A stretch of 64,000 bases of DNA from an uncultured Actinomycetes bacterium (GCA_963784175.1 CAWAQJ010000018.1:179216-243215), one strand, 5' to 3'. Shown: positions 38,258 through 49,342, numbered from the stretch's first letter. Translations and numbers: made by a program. Notes: generated by a model not told the origin, from the sequence alone.

Positions 38258-39964
38258 CTAGGAGTCGCCGCGGCCGGGCAGCCGGAGACCGTGCTCGCGC
38301 GCCGCGGCGAGCGCTTCCTCGTAGCCGGCGTCGGCATGCCGGAGCACGCCGGTGCCCGGATCGGTCGTCAGCACGCGCTCGAGGCGCTCAGCCGCGTCGT
38401 CGGTGCCGTCGGCGACGACGACCATCCCCGCATGGATCGAGTTGCCGATGCCGACGCCGCCGCCGTGGTGGACGCTCACCCATGTCGCGCCCGCCGCCGT
38501 GTTCACGAGCGCGTTGAGGATGGGCCAGTCGGCGATCGCATCGGACCCGTCCTGCATCGCCTCCGTCTCGCGGTACGGAGAAGCGACCGAGCCCGCGTCG
38601 AGATGGTCGCGCCCGATGACCACCGGCGCGGTCACGCGCCCGTCGCGCACGAGCTCGTTGATGGCGAGGCCCGCCTTGGCACGGTCGCCGTAGCCGAGCC
38701 AGCAGATCCGCGCCGGCAGACCCTGGAACGCGACGCGGTCCGCCGCCAGCTCGAGCCAGCGCTGCAGAAGAAGGTCGTCCGGGAAGAGCTCGAGCAGCGC
38801 CCCGTCGATCGCTGCGATGTCGTCCGGATTCCCCGAGAGCACGGCCCAGCGGAAGGGGCCGATGCCGCGGCAGAAGAGCGGCCGGATATAGGCCGGGACG
38901 AAGCCCGGATATGTGAATGCGTCCTTGATGCCTGCCTGCTGCGCCTCCCCCCGAAGGTTGTTGCCGTAATCGAAAACGTAGCTCCCGGCCCGGACGAACC
39001 CGAGCATGCCCTCGACATGGCGCGCGATGGACTCGGACGCCCGTCGCAGGTACTCGTCCGGGTCGTCCGCTCGCAGCGTCGCGGCCTCCTCGACCGAGAG
39101 CCCGGCCGGGACGTAGCCGTTCAAGGGGTCGTGGGCGGCGGTCTGGTCGGTCACGAGGTCGAAGGCCTCGCCGCGGGCGACGAGCTCCGGCACGACCTCC
39201 GCCGCGTTCCCGAGCAGGCCGACCGAAAGCGGACGCCCCTCCGCGGCGGCGCTCCGCACCCGCCCGACGGCGTCCTCGAGCGACTCCGAAGCCTCGTCGA
39301 GGTAGCGGGTGGCGAGACGCCGCTCGATCCGCGTCGGGTCGACCTCCACGCAGAGCACGGCGGCGCCGGCCATCGTCGCGGCCAGCGGCTGTGCGCCGCC
39401 CATGCCGCCGAGGCCCGCCGTCAGGATCGTCCGCCCCCGCAGGTCGGGCGAGCCGAAGTGCACCTCGCCGGCGGCCGCGAAGGTCTGGTACGTCCCCTGG
39501 AGGATCCCCTGGGTGCCGATGTAGATCCAGCTCCCGGCGGTCATCTGGCCGAACATCGTCAGGTCGAGCGCCTCGAGCCTCCGGAACTCGTCCCAGGACG
39601 CCCATCGCGGCACGAGCAGCGAGTTGGCGATCAGCACGCGCGGCGCGGCGGTGTGCGTCCTGAAGACACCCACCGGCTTGCCGCTCTGGACGAGCAGCGT
39701 CTCGTCCTCGCCCAGCTCGAGGAGGCATCGGACGAGCCCGCGCAGCGCGTCGTGGTTGCGGGCGGCCTTGCCCGAGCCGCCGTAGACGATCAGCTGCTCG
39801 GGATGCTCGGCGACTTCCGGATCGAGGTTGTTGAGGAGCATCCGCAGCGGCGCCTCGGTCTGCCACGACCGGGCGTTCAGCTCGCTTCCACGCGGCGCTC
39901 GGATGGAGGTGAGATCGCCGCAGAGCTCTTCGACGCGCGCGTCGGTGACGGCGGCGCTGCTCAC
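38258..39964 (-). CDS. hutU: urocanate hydratase
   Basis: Track ORF trimmed to GTG at 39964, which overlaps the hutH stop (GTGA). [33 protein letters not shown], 568 aa. Confidence 0.95.
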   Translation of the reverse strand: MSSAAVTDARVEELCGDLTSIRAPRGSELNARSWQTEAPLRMLLNNLDPEVAEHPEQLIVYGGSGKAARNHDALRGLVRCLLELGEDETLLVQSGKPVGVFRTHTAAPRVLIANSLLVPRWASWDEFRRLEALDLTMFGQMTAGSWIYIGTQGILQGTYQTFAAAGEVHFGSPDLRGRTILTAGLGGMGGAQPLAATMAGAAVLCVEVDPTRIERRLATRYLDEASESLEDAVGRVRSAAAEGRPLSVGLLGNAAEVVPELVARGEAFDLVTDQTAAHDPLNGYVPAGLSVEEAATLRADDPDEYLRRASESIARHVEGMLGFVRAGSYVFDYGNNLRGEAQQAGIKDAFTYPGFVPAYIRPLFCRGIGPFRWAVLSGNPDDIAAIDGALLELFPDDLLLQRWLELAADRVAFQGLPARICWLGYGDRAKAGLAINELVRDGRVTAPVVIGRDHLDAGSVASPYRETEAMQDGSDAIADWPILNALVNTAAGATWVSVHHGGGVGIGNSIHAGMVVVADGTDDAAERLERVLTTDPGTGVLRHADAGYEEALAAAREHGLRLPGRGDS

Positions 39965-41508
39965 GCGAGCGCACCCACTTCGCGCTCGACAGCGGCGACG
40001 AAGTCGCCCGTGCTGATGGCGATCGCGACCGCCTCGATGTCGTCGGCGAGCGGGCGGTCCTCGATCACCGTGGACGACAGCGAGCGGAGAAATTCGTGCG
40101 CGGCGCGAACCCCGAGCCCCGGCTCGAGCGGCGCCAGGAACTCCACCGCCTGAGCGCCGGCGAGCAGCTCGATCGCGAGCGCCCGCTCGACGTTCTCGAG
40201 CACCTGGAGACACTTCAGCGCGGACGCGTTGCCCATGGAGACGTGATCCTCCTGCCCCGCGCTCGTGGGAATGGAGTCGATCCCGGCCGGATGGCAGAGG
40301 ACCTTGTTCTCGCTGACGAGCGCCGCGGCGACGTACTGCGGGATCATGAACCCCGAGTTGAGCCCGCCGTCGTGCGTCAGGAACGCCGGCAGCCCATCCG
40401 AGAGAGACGGGTTCGTGAGCCGCTCGACACGCCGCTCCGAGATGGACGCGAGCTCCGCGAGAGCCATCGCAGCAGCGTCGAGCGCGAAGGCAAGCGGCTG
40501 CCCGTGGAAGTTGCCGTTGGAGACGAGCTCGCCCTGCTCGACGAAGACGAGTGGATTGTCGGTGGCCGCGTTGAGCTCGACTGCGACCGTCGTCTCGGCA
40601 TACGCGAGCAGGTCGCGGCTGGCGCCGTGGACCTGCGGCGCGCAGCGGAGCGAGTAGGCGTCCTGCACCTTGTCGCACCACCGATGCGCCTCCAGGATCG
40701 CGGAGCCCTCGAGCAGCCGGACGACGTTGGCGGCCGACGCCTGCTGCCCGGCGAGCGGCCGCAGGGCGTGGATCTCGGGGAGAAAGCTCGCGCGCGAGCC
40801 CTGGAGCGCCTCGAGCGAGAGGGCGCACGCAATGTCCGCGGTCCGCGCCAGCCGTTGGGCCCTCACCAGCACGAGCGCTCCGATCCCTGCCATGAACTGC
40901 GTGCCGTTGATGAGGGACAGGCCTTCCTTCGCGCGCAGCTGGACGGGCTCGAGACCGACGCGGTCCAGGGCCTCCGCGCCCGAAAGGGTCTCACCCTCGA
41001 CGACCGCCTTGCCCTCCCCGACGAGCGGGAGCGCGAGGTGCGCGAGCGGCGCGAGGTCGCCGGACGCCCCTACCGACCCGCGGCTCGGCACGACCGGCGT
41101 GACGCCGCGGTTGAGGCATTCGAGCAGGAGGTCGACCGTCTCCGGCCGCGCGCCCGAATAGCCCTTGGCGAGGGTGTTCGCGCGCAGCAGCATCGCGGCC
41201 CGCACGACCTCCGGCGGATAGGGGCTTCCCACGCCGCACGCGTGGCTCCGGAGGAGGCGAAGCTGGAGCTCCTCGGCGAGCTCGGGCGGGATCGTCTTGG
41301 AGACGAAGCGGCCGAAGCCGGTGTTGATTCCGTACGTGTGCTCGCCCGAGCTCTCGGCGGCCGTGCGCTCGACCAGCTCGCGCGCGGCCTGCAAACGCTC
41401 CCTCCCCTGCTCGGCGAGCTCGGCCCGTCCCCCCTCGACCGCGACGGCCCAGACGTCCTGTAGCGTCAGGTCGTCCCCGGTCAGCGACACGGCGGTCGTG
41501 AGCGCCAT
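39961..41508 (-). CDS. hutH: histidine ammonia-lyase
   Basis: 515 aa. [15 protein letters not shown] contains the Ala-Ser-Gly MIO-forming triad. YGINTGFG is also present. Confidence 0.95.
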   Translation of the reverse strand: MALTTAVSLTGDDLTLQDVWAVAVEGGRAELAEQGRERLQAARELVERTAAESSGEHTYGINTGFGRFVSKTIPPELAEELQLRLLRSHACGVGSPYPPEVVRAAMLLRANTLAKGYSGARPETVDLLLECLNRGVTPVVPSRGSVGASGDLAPLAHLALPLVGEGKAVVEGETLSGAEALDRVGLEPVQLRAKEGLSLINGTQFMAGIGALVLVRAQRLARTADIACALSLEALQGSRASFLPEIHALRPLAGQQASAANVVRLLEGSAILEAHRWCDKVQDAYSLRCAPQVHGASRDLLAYAETTVAVELNAATDNPLVFVEQGELVSNGNFHGQPLAFALDAAAMALAELASISERRVERLTNPSLSDGLPAFLTHDGGLNSGFMIPQYVAAALVSENKVLCHPAGIDSIPTSAGQEDHVSMGNASALKCLQVLENVERALAIELLAGAQAVEFLAPLEPGLGVRAAHEFLRSLSSTVIEDRPLADDIEAVAIAISTGDFVAAVEREVGALA

Positions 41509-41521
41509 CGAGCCAAGTGTA

Positions 41522-42205
41522 TTGAGCAGTCGGCCGCATCATGCGGGCTCCGTCGGGCTGGCCTGGAGCGGTGGGAAGGACTCCGCCCTGGCCCTACACA
41601 AGCTCCGTCGAGACGGCGCCCACGTGGCGGCGTTGCTCACGACGATCACGGAGGGCTACGAGCGCGTAAGCATGCACGGTGTCCGTCGGGAGCTCGTCCG
41701 CCTCCAGGCGGCGGCCGCCGGCGTGCCTCTCGTCGAGGTGACGATCCCTCCCGACTGCGTCAACGCGACCTACGAAGAGCGGATGGCCGCGGCGTTCGGC
41801 GCGCCGCCACTCGACGGGATCGCCGCCATGGCCTCGGGCGATCTCTTCCTCGAGGACGTCCGCGCCTACCGTGAGGAGCGCCTGACGGCGGCCGGCAAGG
41901 ACGCGCTCTTCCCCCTCTGGGGTCGCGACACGCGCGTCCTGGCCAACGAGTTCGTCAAGGCCGGCTTCGAGGCGTTCATCTGTTGCCTCGACCCCGACAA
42001 GCTCGACCCGAGCTTCGCGGGCCGTTCGTACGACGCGGAGTTCCTCGCCGACCTACCGGAGGGGGTCGACCCCTGCGGCGAGCGCGGCGAGTTCCACACG
42101 TTCGTCCACGCCGGGCCAGTTCTCGCAACGCCTGTGAACGTCAGAGTCGGCGACGTGGTCGAGCGGGACGGGTTCGTCTTCTGCGATCTCGTTGCGCGCG
42201 ACTGA
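41522..42205 (+). CDS. Dph6/MJ0570-related ATP-pyrophosphatase (DUF71) family protein; start uncertain
   Basis: LAWSGGKDSALAL PP-loop-like motif ... GERGEFHTFV. The in-frame TTG at 41522 is the first plausible start. An out-of-frame ATG at 41541 would give MRAPSG-LAWSGGKDS if one base were missing. Confidence 0.6.
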   Translation: MSSRPHHAGSVGLAWSGGKDSALALHKLRRDGAHVAALLTTITEGYERVSMHGVRRELVRLQAAAAGVPLVEVTIPPDCVNATYEERMAAAFGAPPLDGIAAMASGDLFLEDVRAYREERLTAAGKDALFPLWGRDTRVLANEFVKAGFEAFICCLDPDKLDPSFAGRSYDAEFLADLPEGVDPCGERGEFHTFVHAGPVLATPVNVRVGDVVERDGFVFCDLVARD

Positions 42206-42219
42206 CCGGGCAGCGCCCG

Positions 42220-42873
42220 CTAGCACTCGACCTTCGCGAACCTGAGCGCGGCCGACTCCGGAAGCTCGCTCACGTTGCCGTAGGCCTCGAACGGGAGCCC
42301 TTCGCGGCCCGTGACCTCGCCGCCGTCGCCGGTCGCCATCGCGCTCTCCCAGAGCGTTGTCCCGATGAACTGCCCGCTCGCGCTGTAGAACCAGCCGCGG
42401 ACCACGATCCTGTGGATCTGGCAATCGACGCCGCCGAAATACCGGAGCTGACCGTTGACCGACGCCATGCCGAAGTCGGGCACGATCTCCGGCGAGGCGA
42501 TCTCGAACATGCCGTCCCACTGGCCGTAGTCGATGGCGATCGTCCCACGAGGAGGCGCCGGAGGGCGTCCGCCGCCGTTCCCGCCGTTGTTGTTGTCGTC
42601 GTCGCCGTTGGAGTTCGTCGTCGTCGGCCCCGTTGCCGGCGTGTCGGCTGGGGACGTGGTGGGAGCAGTCGCGGTCGCACTCTCGTCGGTGGTGGTGCCG
42701 ACGATCGTGACCCCCTCGCCCTCGCCCTCGCCGCCCGCGGTGGTCTGCTTCTGGGCGGCGGCGGGGTCAGGGTCGTCGGATCCGCCGGCGAGGGCAGAGA
42801 CGATCCCGAAGCCCGCCAGGAAGAAGGCAGGCACCAGCGCGACAACCGTCCACCGCGATCGCAGCCTCCGCAC
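42220..42873 (-). CDS. membrane-anchored/secreted hypothetical protein with low-complexity Thr/Asn/Gly/Asp linker
   Basis: GTG at 42873. Anchor WTVVALVPAFFLAGFGIVSALAG, then a linker, then a ~100-aa ordered C-terminal domain ending in Cys. Confidence 0.55.
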   Translation of the reverse strand: MRRLRSRWTVVALVPAFFLAGFGIVSALAGGSDDPDPAAAQKQTTAGGEGEGEGVTIVGTTTDESATATAPTTSPADTPATGPTTTNSNGDDDNNNGGNGGGRPPAPPRGTIAIDYGQWDGMFEIASPEIVPDFGMASVNGQLRYFGGVDCQIHRIVVRGWFYSASGQFIGTTLWESAMATGDGGEVTGREGLPFEAYGNVSELPESAALRFAKVEC

Positions 42874-42925
42874 CGCACCCTCCCTCGTCGCTGTCCCGAG
42901 CTCCCCCCGAGGGGAGCTTCAAAGC

Positions 42926-43351
42926 CTAGCCGCCCTGAGCCCAGGGGCCAATCCCACCGACGCGCTCCACCGTGATGCACAGGCGGAAGCCGGGCGGCGG
43001 GTCGGGCATGGGCGGAAACGTCACGTCCGGGCCGATGTAGGTGTGCGCGAGCCTCTGGAGCAGCTCCGGCGCGCCACCTTCCTCGATCGTCGCGCGGCCG
43101 TGCGCGACGAGGTACTCCCGCAGGCCCATCGCGTTCGTGGCCCCGGTCTCGAGCGAGAGCGAGACACGCGGATCCCGCCGGACGTTGCGGAGCTTCTGCT
43201 GCTCGCGGAGGTGGCCGGAGACGATCACGTCGCCCTCCAGGCCGACCCAGACGATCGAAACCTGAGGGCTCCCGTCCGGGTTCAAGGTGACGAGATGCGC
43301 GAGCGCATCCGACTCGATGACCGCTCGTGCGCTCTCCGGGATGACACTCAT
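42926..43351 (-). CDS. pyridoxamine 5'-phosphate oxidase family protein (PPOX-class, possibly F420-dependent)
   Basis: 141 aa. LAHLVTLNPDGSPQVSIVWV ... KLRNVRRDPRVSLS is the typical PPOX split-barrel pattern. Confidence 0.7.
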   Translation of the reverse strand: MSVIPESARAVIESDALAHLVTLNPDGSPQVSIVWVGLEGDVIVSGHLREQQKLRNVRRDPRVSLSLETGATNAMGLREYLVAHGRATIEEGGAPELLQRLAHTYIGPDVTFPPMPDPPPGFRLCITVERVGGIGPWAQGG

Positions 43352-43374
43352 GCCCGCCGCTTAATCTAGACGCC

Positions 43375-44676
43375 ATGGCCGATCCGGTCACCGCCGCGCC
43401 CGAGGAGTCGCGCGTCGACGCCCTCCCGCCTTCGCGCGGGGCAGTCGCCCTGCTGCGGCGGCGCGACTTCCGGCGCGTCTACATGGCCGTGTCGGCGAGC
43501 GAGCTCGGCGACGCGCTCCAGTACATCGCCCTCATGTGGTTCGCCTTCGAGGCCGGCGGCCCGCTGGGGGTTCTTGCGGTGCGCCTCGCGGACAGCGTGC
43601 CGGCGCTCGTGTTCGGGCTCCACGGCGGCCTCGTCGCCGACCGGTGGGACCGAAGGCGCGTGCTCGTCGCCGCAGACCTCGTCCGCGCGTCGGTCCTGAT
43701 CCCGGTCGCAATCGCCGGGCTTGCGGGAGAGCTTCCGCTCTGGGGGCTCGTCGTGGCGGCCTTCGTCCTCACCTCCGCAACGAGCTACTTCGACCCGGCG
43801 TACGGCGCGCTGCTTCCGAGCCTCGTCGAGCGTCGCAACGTCCAGCAGGCGAACGGGCTGGTGCGCGCGACTGCCGAGGCGCTTTCGGTCGGCGGCTGGG
43901 CGGTGGCCGCCGGACTCCTTGCCTTCCTACCCGTCAGCGCCTTCTTCGCCCTCAATGCGGCGACCTTCCTGGTCTCGGCGGCGATCCTCGCAACCGTCCC
44001 CTCGGCCGGGGGAAGGCCCGCCGACCCGGACGCCGGCAAGTTCGCGGACATTGCCGCCGGCTTCCAGGCGCTTCGTGTCCGCCCGTTCCTGGCGGCTGCG
44101 GTCGTCGCTCTGGGTCTCGCGGTCACGATCGCGGCCGGCACGTGGATCGCCGGGACGCCGCAGCTCGTCAGCGAGAACCTCCATCGCGGCGCCGGCGGTT
44201 TCTCGCTCGTCATGACGGGCTACGCGATCGGTGCGATCACAGCTGGTGCGTTCCTTGCCCGGCGGCCGGTGCGGCGCAAGACGCTCGGCAGCCTGCTCGC
44301 CTGGAGCTTCTACCTGCCGGCGTTCCTCGTGATCGGGTTCGCCGAGTCGCTTGCGGTCGCGATGGTCGGCGCGTTCATCGCCGCCCTGGGCGAGAGCACG
44401 GCCGTCGTGCTCCTCCACTCTGCCGCCCAGGAGGAGGTACCCGACCGCGTCCTCGGTCGGGTCATGGGCGTCATCTCGCTTGTGCACCGCGGGGCCCACG
44501 CGACCGGGCTGCTGATCATGGCGCCGCTCTTCGTCGTGGTCGAGCCGGAGGCCGTCTTCGCCGGCGCCGCGCTTGCGCTCCCGGTCGTCGGCCTGAGCTG
44601 CGCCGCGTGGGCGCTGACTACGACTCGAGGAGCCGCAGCTCCAGCACATGCGACGGGTCGAACCCGTCGATCCTGA
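43375..44676 (+). CDS. MFS transporter
   Basis: 433 aa with about 12 hydrophobic segments. GGLVADRWDRRRVL loop motif. The 3' end overlaps the convergent formimidoyltransferase gene. Confidence 0.8.
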   Translation: MADPVTAAPEESRVDALPPSRGAVALLRRRDFRRVYMAVSASELGDALQYIALMWFAFEAGGPLGVLAVRLADSVPALVFGLHGGLVADRWDRRRVLVAADLVRASVLIPVAIAGLAGELPLWGLVVAAFVLTSATSYFDPAYGALLPSLVERRNVQQANGLVRATAEALSVGGWAVAAGLLAFLPVSAFFALNAATFLVSAAILATVPSAGGRPADPDAGKFADIAAGFQALRVRPFLAAAVVALGLAVTIAAGTWIAGTPQLVSENLHRGAGGFSLVMTGYAIGAITAGAFLARRPVRRKTLGSLLAWSFYLPAFLVIGFAESLAVAMVGAFIAALGESTAVVLLHSAAQEEVPDRVLGRVMGVISLVHRGAHATGLLIMAPLFVVVEPEAVFAGAALALPVVGLSCAAWALTTTRGAAAPAHATGRTRRS

Positions 44677-45505
44677 GCATCTCCCCGGCGGCGGCCACGG
44701 CCGGCCCGGCCGGCATGAGCCCGACGAGCTCCGATCCGGCGACCTCGACCCCGCGCGCGTCCGCTTCCCGGCTGATCCTGGCGACGATGTCGTGGAGCGC
44801 CGCAGCCTGCCAGTCGGTCACATTCATGCTCACCTGGACGAACCCCGCGCGTGGAAGGTCGAGCCCGAGGGCCCGGACGCCGGGAAAGCCGCCGTCGCGC
44901 TCGCGCACGACGCGCGCGATCTCACGTGCAACGTCCACGTCGTCGGAGCGAAGGTTGACGTTGAAGGCCACGAGCGGCCTGCGGACGCCGACGAGCACGC
45001 CCCCCGCCGTCGGGTGCAGGCGGTCAGGTCCCCGGTCGGGGCGAAGCTCGCCGGCATCGACGCGACGCTGGAGCTCCTCCGGTCCGCCGCGCCGGAAGAA
45101 CGCGGGCTCGCGCCCATCCTCGGTGAGACGGCCGTAGAAGAACACGGGCAGCTCGAGCTCGTTCCCGACGCGGTCGGCCAGCGCGAGCGCCGCCTCGCGC
45201 GCGAGCGGCTCGGCGTCGGGCTCGAGCGGCACGAGCGGGACGACGTCCGCCGCCCCGATGCGTGGATGAGCGCCCTCGTGCTGGGTCAGGTCGATCCGCT
45301 CGGCCGCCGCGCGGATGCCGGCGAGCAGCGTTTCGACCAGCTCCTCCCCGCTCCCCACGAGCGTGAACACGGAGCGGTGGTGGTCCCAGTCGGTGTGGAC
45401 GTCGAGCAGCCGCGCCGGGCCCGAGAACGCCTCCCGGAGCGCCGCGAGGGCGGCAGGATCCCTGCCTTCCGACACGTTCGGAACGGACTCGAGCGGTAGC
45501 GGCAC
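44618..45505 (-). CDS. glutamate formimidoyltransferase
   Basis: GVPNVSEGR-type N-terminus (LESVPNVSEGRD), HRSVFTLVG, HPRIGAADVVP. 295 aa. It fits the hut pathway branch that converts formiminoglutamate to glutamate. Confidence 0.85.
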   Translation of the reverse strand: MPLPLESVPNVSEGRDPAALAALREAFSGPARLLDVHTDWDHHRSVFTLVGSGEELVETLLAGIRAAAERIDLTQHEGAHPRIGAADVVPLVPLEPDAEPLAREAALALADRVGNELELPVFFYGRLTEDGREPAFFRRGGPEELQRRVDAGELRPDRGPDRLHPTAGGVLVGVRRPLVAFNVNLRSDDVDVAREIARVVRERDGGFPGVRALGLDLPRAGFVQVSMNVTDWQAAALHDIVARISREADARGVEVAGSELVGLMPAGPAVAAAGEMLRIDGFDPSHVLELRLLES

Positions 45506-45576
45506 GGGCTGAGCTTACGAGAGCGGCCGTGCGGGAGCGGGGATGGCCGGGACTAGACTCGACGTTAGGTCAACTG

Positions 45577-47376
45577 GTGGCAGATTCCCATCCGTACCTT
45601 CGAACGTTCGTCCGCCTGCTCGGCTTCCTGCGCCCCTATCGGTGGTCGCTGGCCGTGTCGGTCGTGCTCGCCATCGGCTCGCAGGCGGCCGCGGTCGCGA
45701 TCGCGTTCCTGACGGGCGCCGCGCTCGAGAGCGCCGTCAACTCGCAGAACCGGAACGATCTCTGGGCGATCGCGATCGCCGTGCTCCTCGTCGGACTGGC
45801 GCGGGCGCTTTTCATGGCCGGTCGCCGCCTGATCTCAGGCCGTCAGGCGCTTGGAGTCGAGTACGACATGCGCGACGCGGTCTACGCGAAGCTTCTGCGC
45901 CTCTCGTTCGGCTTCTACGACCGTCATCAGACCGGGCAGCTGATGTCGCGCGCGACGGTGGATCTCCAGTCGGTGCGCTTCTTCCTCGGCTACGGCCTCA
46001 TCTTCTTCTTCCAGCACGTGCTGACGATCGTCGGCGTGTCGATCGTGCTCTTCATCGTGGAGTGGCGCCTCGCGCTGGCGGCCACGGCCTTCACACCGGT
46101 GCTCGTCTTTCTCGCGTACCGCTACTCGAGCGTGTCGCACCCGGTTCTCCGGGACGTCCAGCAGAAGATGGCCGACGTCGCGACCGTCGCCGAGGAGAAC
46201 ATCGTCGGCGTCCACGTGGTCAAGTCGTTCGCGCAGGAGCGCAACGAGTCCGCGAAGTTCTCGGCGCGCACGGAGAGCGTCTTCAGCCGCTCGATCGACG
46301 CGAACCGACAGCGGGCGCTGTACGTGCCGCTCCTCTCGTTCCTCCCGCTGGTGGCGCAGGCGACCGTCCTGCTGTTCGGCGGCCGGATGGTCGCGAACGG
46401 CTCCCTCGGCCTCGCCGCGTTCTTCGCCTTCAACGTGCTCGTCCTCATGCTCGTGATGCCGCTTCGCATGCTGGGCATGTGGATCGGCCAGGCCCAGCGC
46501 GCCACGGCCTCGGGCGAGCGGATCTTCGAGGTGATCGACGAGCCCGAGGAGGTCACCGATGCGCCGGATGCGCACGAGCTGCCGCCGGGTGACGGGCGCA
46601 TCGTCTTCGAGCAGGCCGGCTTCGAGTACACGCCGGATCGCCCCGTGCTCGACGGGATCGACCTCGAGGTCGAGCCCGGGCGCACGATCGCGCTCATCGG
46701 GCACACGGGCTCGGGGAAGACGACGCTGGCCTCCCTCGTGCCGCGCTTCTACGACGTGACGACCGGCCGCTTGACCATCGACGGCGCCGACGTGCGCGAC
46801 GTCAAGCTCGCATCGCTGCGCCGCGCAATCGGGATCGTCGCGCAGGATCCGTTCCTCTTCTCGGCGAGCGTGCGCGAGAACATCACGTTCGGCGCGCCGG
46901 ACGCGACCGACGAGGACGTCGTCCGCGCCGCACGGCTTGCGCAGGCGCACGAGTTCATCGAGGAGCTGATCGACGGCTACGACACGGTGATCGGCGAGCG
47001 CGGGATCACGCTCTCGGGCGGGCAGCGCCAGCGGATCGCGATCGCGCGCGCGCTCATCCTCGACCCGCGGATCCTCATCCTCGACGACGCCACCGCGTCC
47101 GTCGACGCGAGCACCGAAGCGCGCATCCGCCTCGGGCTGCGCGAGGCGATGAAGGGCCGGACGACGCTCATCGTCGCCCACCGCCTCTCGACGATCGCGC
47201 TCGCCGACGAGCTCGTCGTGCTCGACAACGGGCGCATCGCCGCGCGCGGGACGCAGACGGAGCTGCTGGAGACGAGCCCGGTCTTCCGCGAGATCTACGA
47301 GCACGGGCTCCTGGAGCGCGAGTTCTCGGAGCGCGTCGAGGCGAGCGGGGAGCGGCTGGAGGCAGCCGGCGCATGA
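45577..47376 (+). CDS. ABC transporter permease/ATP-binding protein (exporter half-transporter 1)
   Basis: Six-TM domain followed by an NBD: Walker A GHTGSGKTT, signature LSGGQRQRIA, Walker B ILILDDATS. GTG at 45577 is preferred (AGG 9 nt upstream). The track start 45529 is also possible. Confidence 0.9.
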   Translation: MADSHPYLRTFVRLLGFLRPYRWSLAVSVVLAIGSQAAAVAIAFLTGAALESAVNSQNRNDLWAIAIAVLLVGLARALFMAGRRLISGRQALGVEYDMRDAVYAKLLRLSFGFYDRHQTGQLMSRATVDLQSVRFFLGYGLIFFFQHVLTIVGVSIVLFIVEWRLALAATAFTPVLVFLAYRYSSVSHPVLRDVQQKMADVATVAEENIVGVHVVKSFAQERNESAKFSARTESVFSRSIDANRQRALYVPLLSFLPLVAQATVLLFGGRMVANGSLGLAAFFAFNVLVLMLVMPLRMLGMWIGQAQRATASGERIFEVIDEPEEVTDAPDAHELPPGDGRIVFEQAGFEYTPDRPVLDGIDLEVEPGRTIALIGHTGSGKTTLASLVPRFYDVTTGRLTIDGADVRDVKLASLRRAIGIVAQDPFLFSASVRENITFGAPDATDEDVVRAARLAQAHEFIEELIDGYDTVIGERGITLSGGQRQRIAIARALILDPRILILDDATASVDASTEARIRLGLREAMKGRTTLIVAHRLSTIALADELVVLDNGRIAARGTQTELLETSPVFREIYEHGLLEREFSERVEASGERLEAAGA

Positions 47377-47539
47377 GGCTCGGGACTCGGCACGCTCTCG
47401 GCACGGTTTGGGCCCCCACGCGCGCGCTTTTCGGCGTTAGGCTCGAGCCATCGGGTTGGGGAGGTGGGTCTCCCGTTCTCGACGCGCACGCGCGTGGAGA
47501 ACGGGTCGACCGCGCGCCAGAGGCCGGCGGGAGACCGCG

Positions 47540-49342
47540 ATGAAGGTCTGGCAGGCGGGATCCCACCTGACGATGCAGCGGGGCGCCGAGGTGAACGACT
47601 GGTCCTGGGCGCGCACGGTCCGGCGGGTCTCGACGCTCGCCCGGCTGGCGGCGCCGTACCGGCTGCGGACAGGCCTCGCCGTCGGCTCGCTCATCGCCGC
47701 GACCCTGACCGCGCTCGCGCCGCCGCTCCTGGCCAAGTACGCCATCGACGACGGAATCAGCAAGGGCGACGTCGAGGCGCTCACGGTGATCGTCGCGCTC
47801 TTCGTCGCCGCCGGCCTCGCCAACCTCTTCGCGAGCGCGGCGCAGACCTACTTCACCGGCTGGACGGGCGAGCGGATCCTCGCCGACCTGCGCAACAAGC
47901 TCTTCGGCCACCTCCAGCGCCTCTCGCTCGGCTACTTCGAGCGCAACCGGGCCGGCGTCATCATCAGCCGCCTGACGAACGACGTCGAGGCGCTCGACCA
48001 GCTCGTCACGGACGGGGTCACGAGCCTGTTCCAGAACAGCCTCCTGCTCCTCGGCTCCGCCGTCATCCTCTTCTTCCTCGACTGGCGCCTCGCGCTCGCG
48101 GCCCTCGCCGTCTTCCCGCTGATGGCCATCGCGACGAAGGTCTTCCGCGTCCGCTCCTCGCGCGCGTATCGCAACGTCCGAGAGCGCCTCGGGCTCGTCA
48201 CGGCGACGCTCGCCGAGGACATCGCGGGAATGCGCGTCGTGCAGTCGTTCACGCGGGAGCACACGAACCAGCGCCAGTTCCGGTCGGTGAACGACCACTA
48301 CCGCGAGTCGAACCAGGAGACCGTCATCCTCAACGGCCTCTACTTCCCGTTCGTCGACTTCCTCGCGGCCGTGGCCACGGCCACCGTGCTCGGCTTCGGC
48401 GGCTGGCTCGCGTTCGAGGGCGAGGTCACGGTCGGCACGCTCTTCGCCTTCCTCCTCTATCTCTCGAACTTCTTCGATCCCATCCAGCAGCTGTCGCAGC
48501 TCTACAACACGTTTCTCTCGGCCACGGCCGCGCTGGACAAGATCATGGACGTGATGGACGAGGAGCCGCAGGTCCTCGACAGCCCGGACGCGCGTTCCTT
48601 GCCCATGATCGCCGGCGACGTCGGCTTCGACAACGTGCGGTTCGGCTACGGCGACGGGCCCGAGATCCTGCACGGGATCGACCTGGCCGTCCCGGCCGGG
48701 ACCACGGTCGCGCTCGTCGGCCACACCGGTGCGGGCAAGTCCACGATCGCCAAGCTCCTCGCGCGCTTCTACGATCCGCGCGAAGGCAGGATCACGATCG
48801 ACGGCCACGATCTCCGCGACGTGACGCAGGAGAGCCTCCGGCAGCAGCTCGGGATCGTCCCGCAGGAGGGCTTCCTCTTCGCCGGGTCCGTGCGCGAGAA
48901 CATCGCCTTCGGGCGCCCGGACGCCACCGACGAGGAGGTCGCCGCCGCGGCGCGCGCCGTCGGCGCCGAGGAGTTCATCCTCCACCTCGAGGACGGCTAC
49001 GACACGCAGGTGGCCGAACGGGGCAGCCGGCTCTCGCTCGGCCAGCGGCAGCTCGTCGCGTTCGCCAGGGCGCTGCTCGCCGACCCGCGAATCCTCATCC
49101 TCGACGAGGCGACGTCGAGCGTCGACATCGGCACCGAGCGTCGCATCGAGGAAGCGCTCCGCCGCCTCCTCGCAGGGCGAACGGCGTTCATCATCGCGCA
49201 CCGTCTCTCGACGATCCGCGGTGCCGACCTGATCGTCGTCCTCGAGCACGGCTGCGTCGTCGAGCTCGGCACCCACGACGAGCTGGTCGCGCTGAACGGC
49301 CGCTACCGCTCGCTCTACGGGGACTGGGCGGCCGCGGCCTAG
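47540..49342 (+). CDS. ABC transporter permease/ATP-binding protein (exporter half-transporter 2)
   Basis: ATG at 47540 is preceded by GGGAG. NBD: Walker A GHTGAGKST, signature LSLGQRQLVA, Walker B ILILDEATS. It pairs with the upstream gene. Confidence 0.9.
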   Translation: MKVWQAGSHLTMQRGAEVNDWSWARTVRRVSTLARLAAPYRLRTGLAVGSLIAATLTALAPPLLAKYAIDDGISKGDVEALTVIVALFVAAGLANLFASAAQTYFTGWTGERILADLRNKLFGHLQRLSLGYFERNRAGVIISRLTNDVEALDQLVTDGVTSLFQNSLLLLGSAVILFFLDWRLALAALAVFPLMAIATKVFRVRSSRAYRNVRERLGLVTATLAEDIAGMRVVQSFTREHTNQRQFRSVNDHYRESNQETVILNGLYFPFVDFLAAVATATVLGFGGWLAFEGEVTVGTLFAFLLYLSNFFDPIQQLSQLYNTFLSATAALDKIMDVMDEEPQVLDSPDARSLPMIAGDVGFDNVRFGYGDGPEILHGIDLAVPAGTTVALVGHTGAGKSTIAKLLARFYDPREGRITIDGHDLRDVTQESLRQQLGIVPQEGFLFAGSVRENIAFGRPDATDEEVAAAARAVGAEEFILHLEDGYDTQVAERGSRLSLGQRQLVAFARALLADPRILILDEATSSVDIGTERRIEEALRRLLAGRTAFIIAHRLSTIRGADLIVVLEHGCVVELGTHDELVALNGRYRSLYGDWAAAA

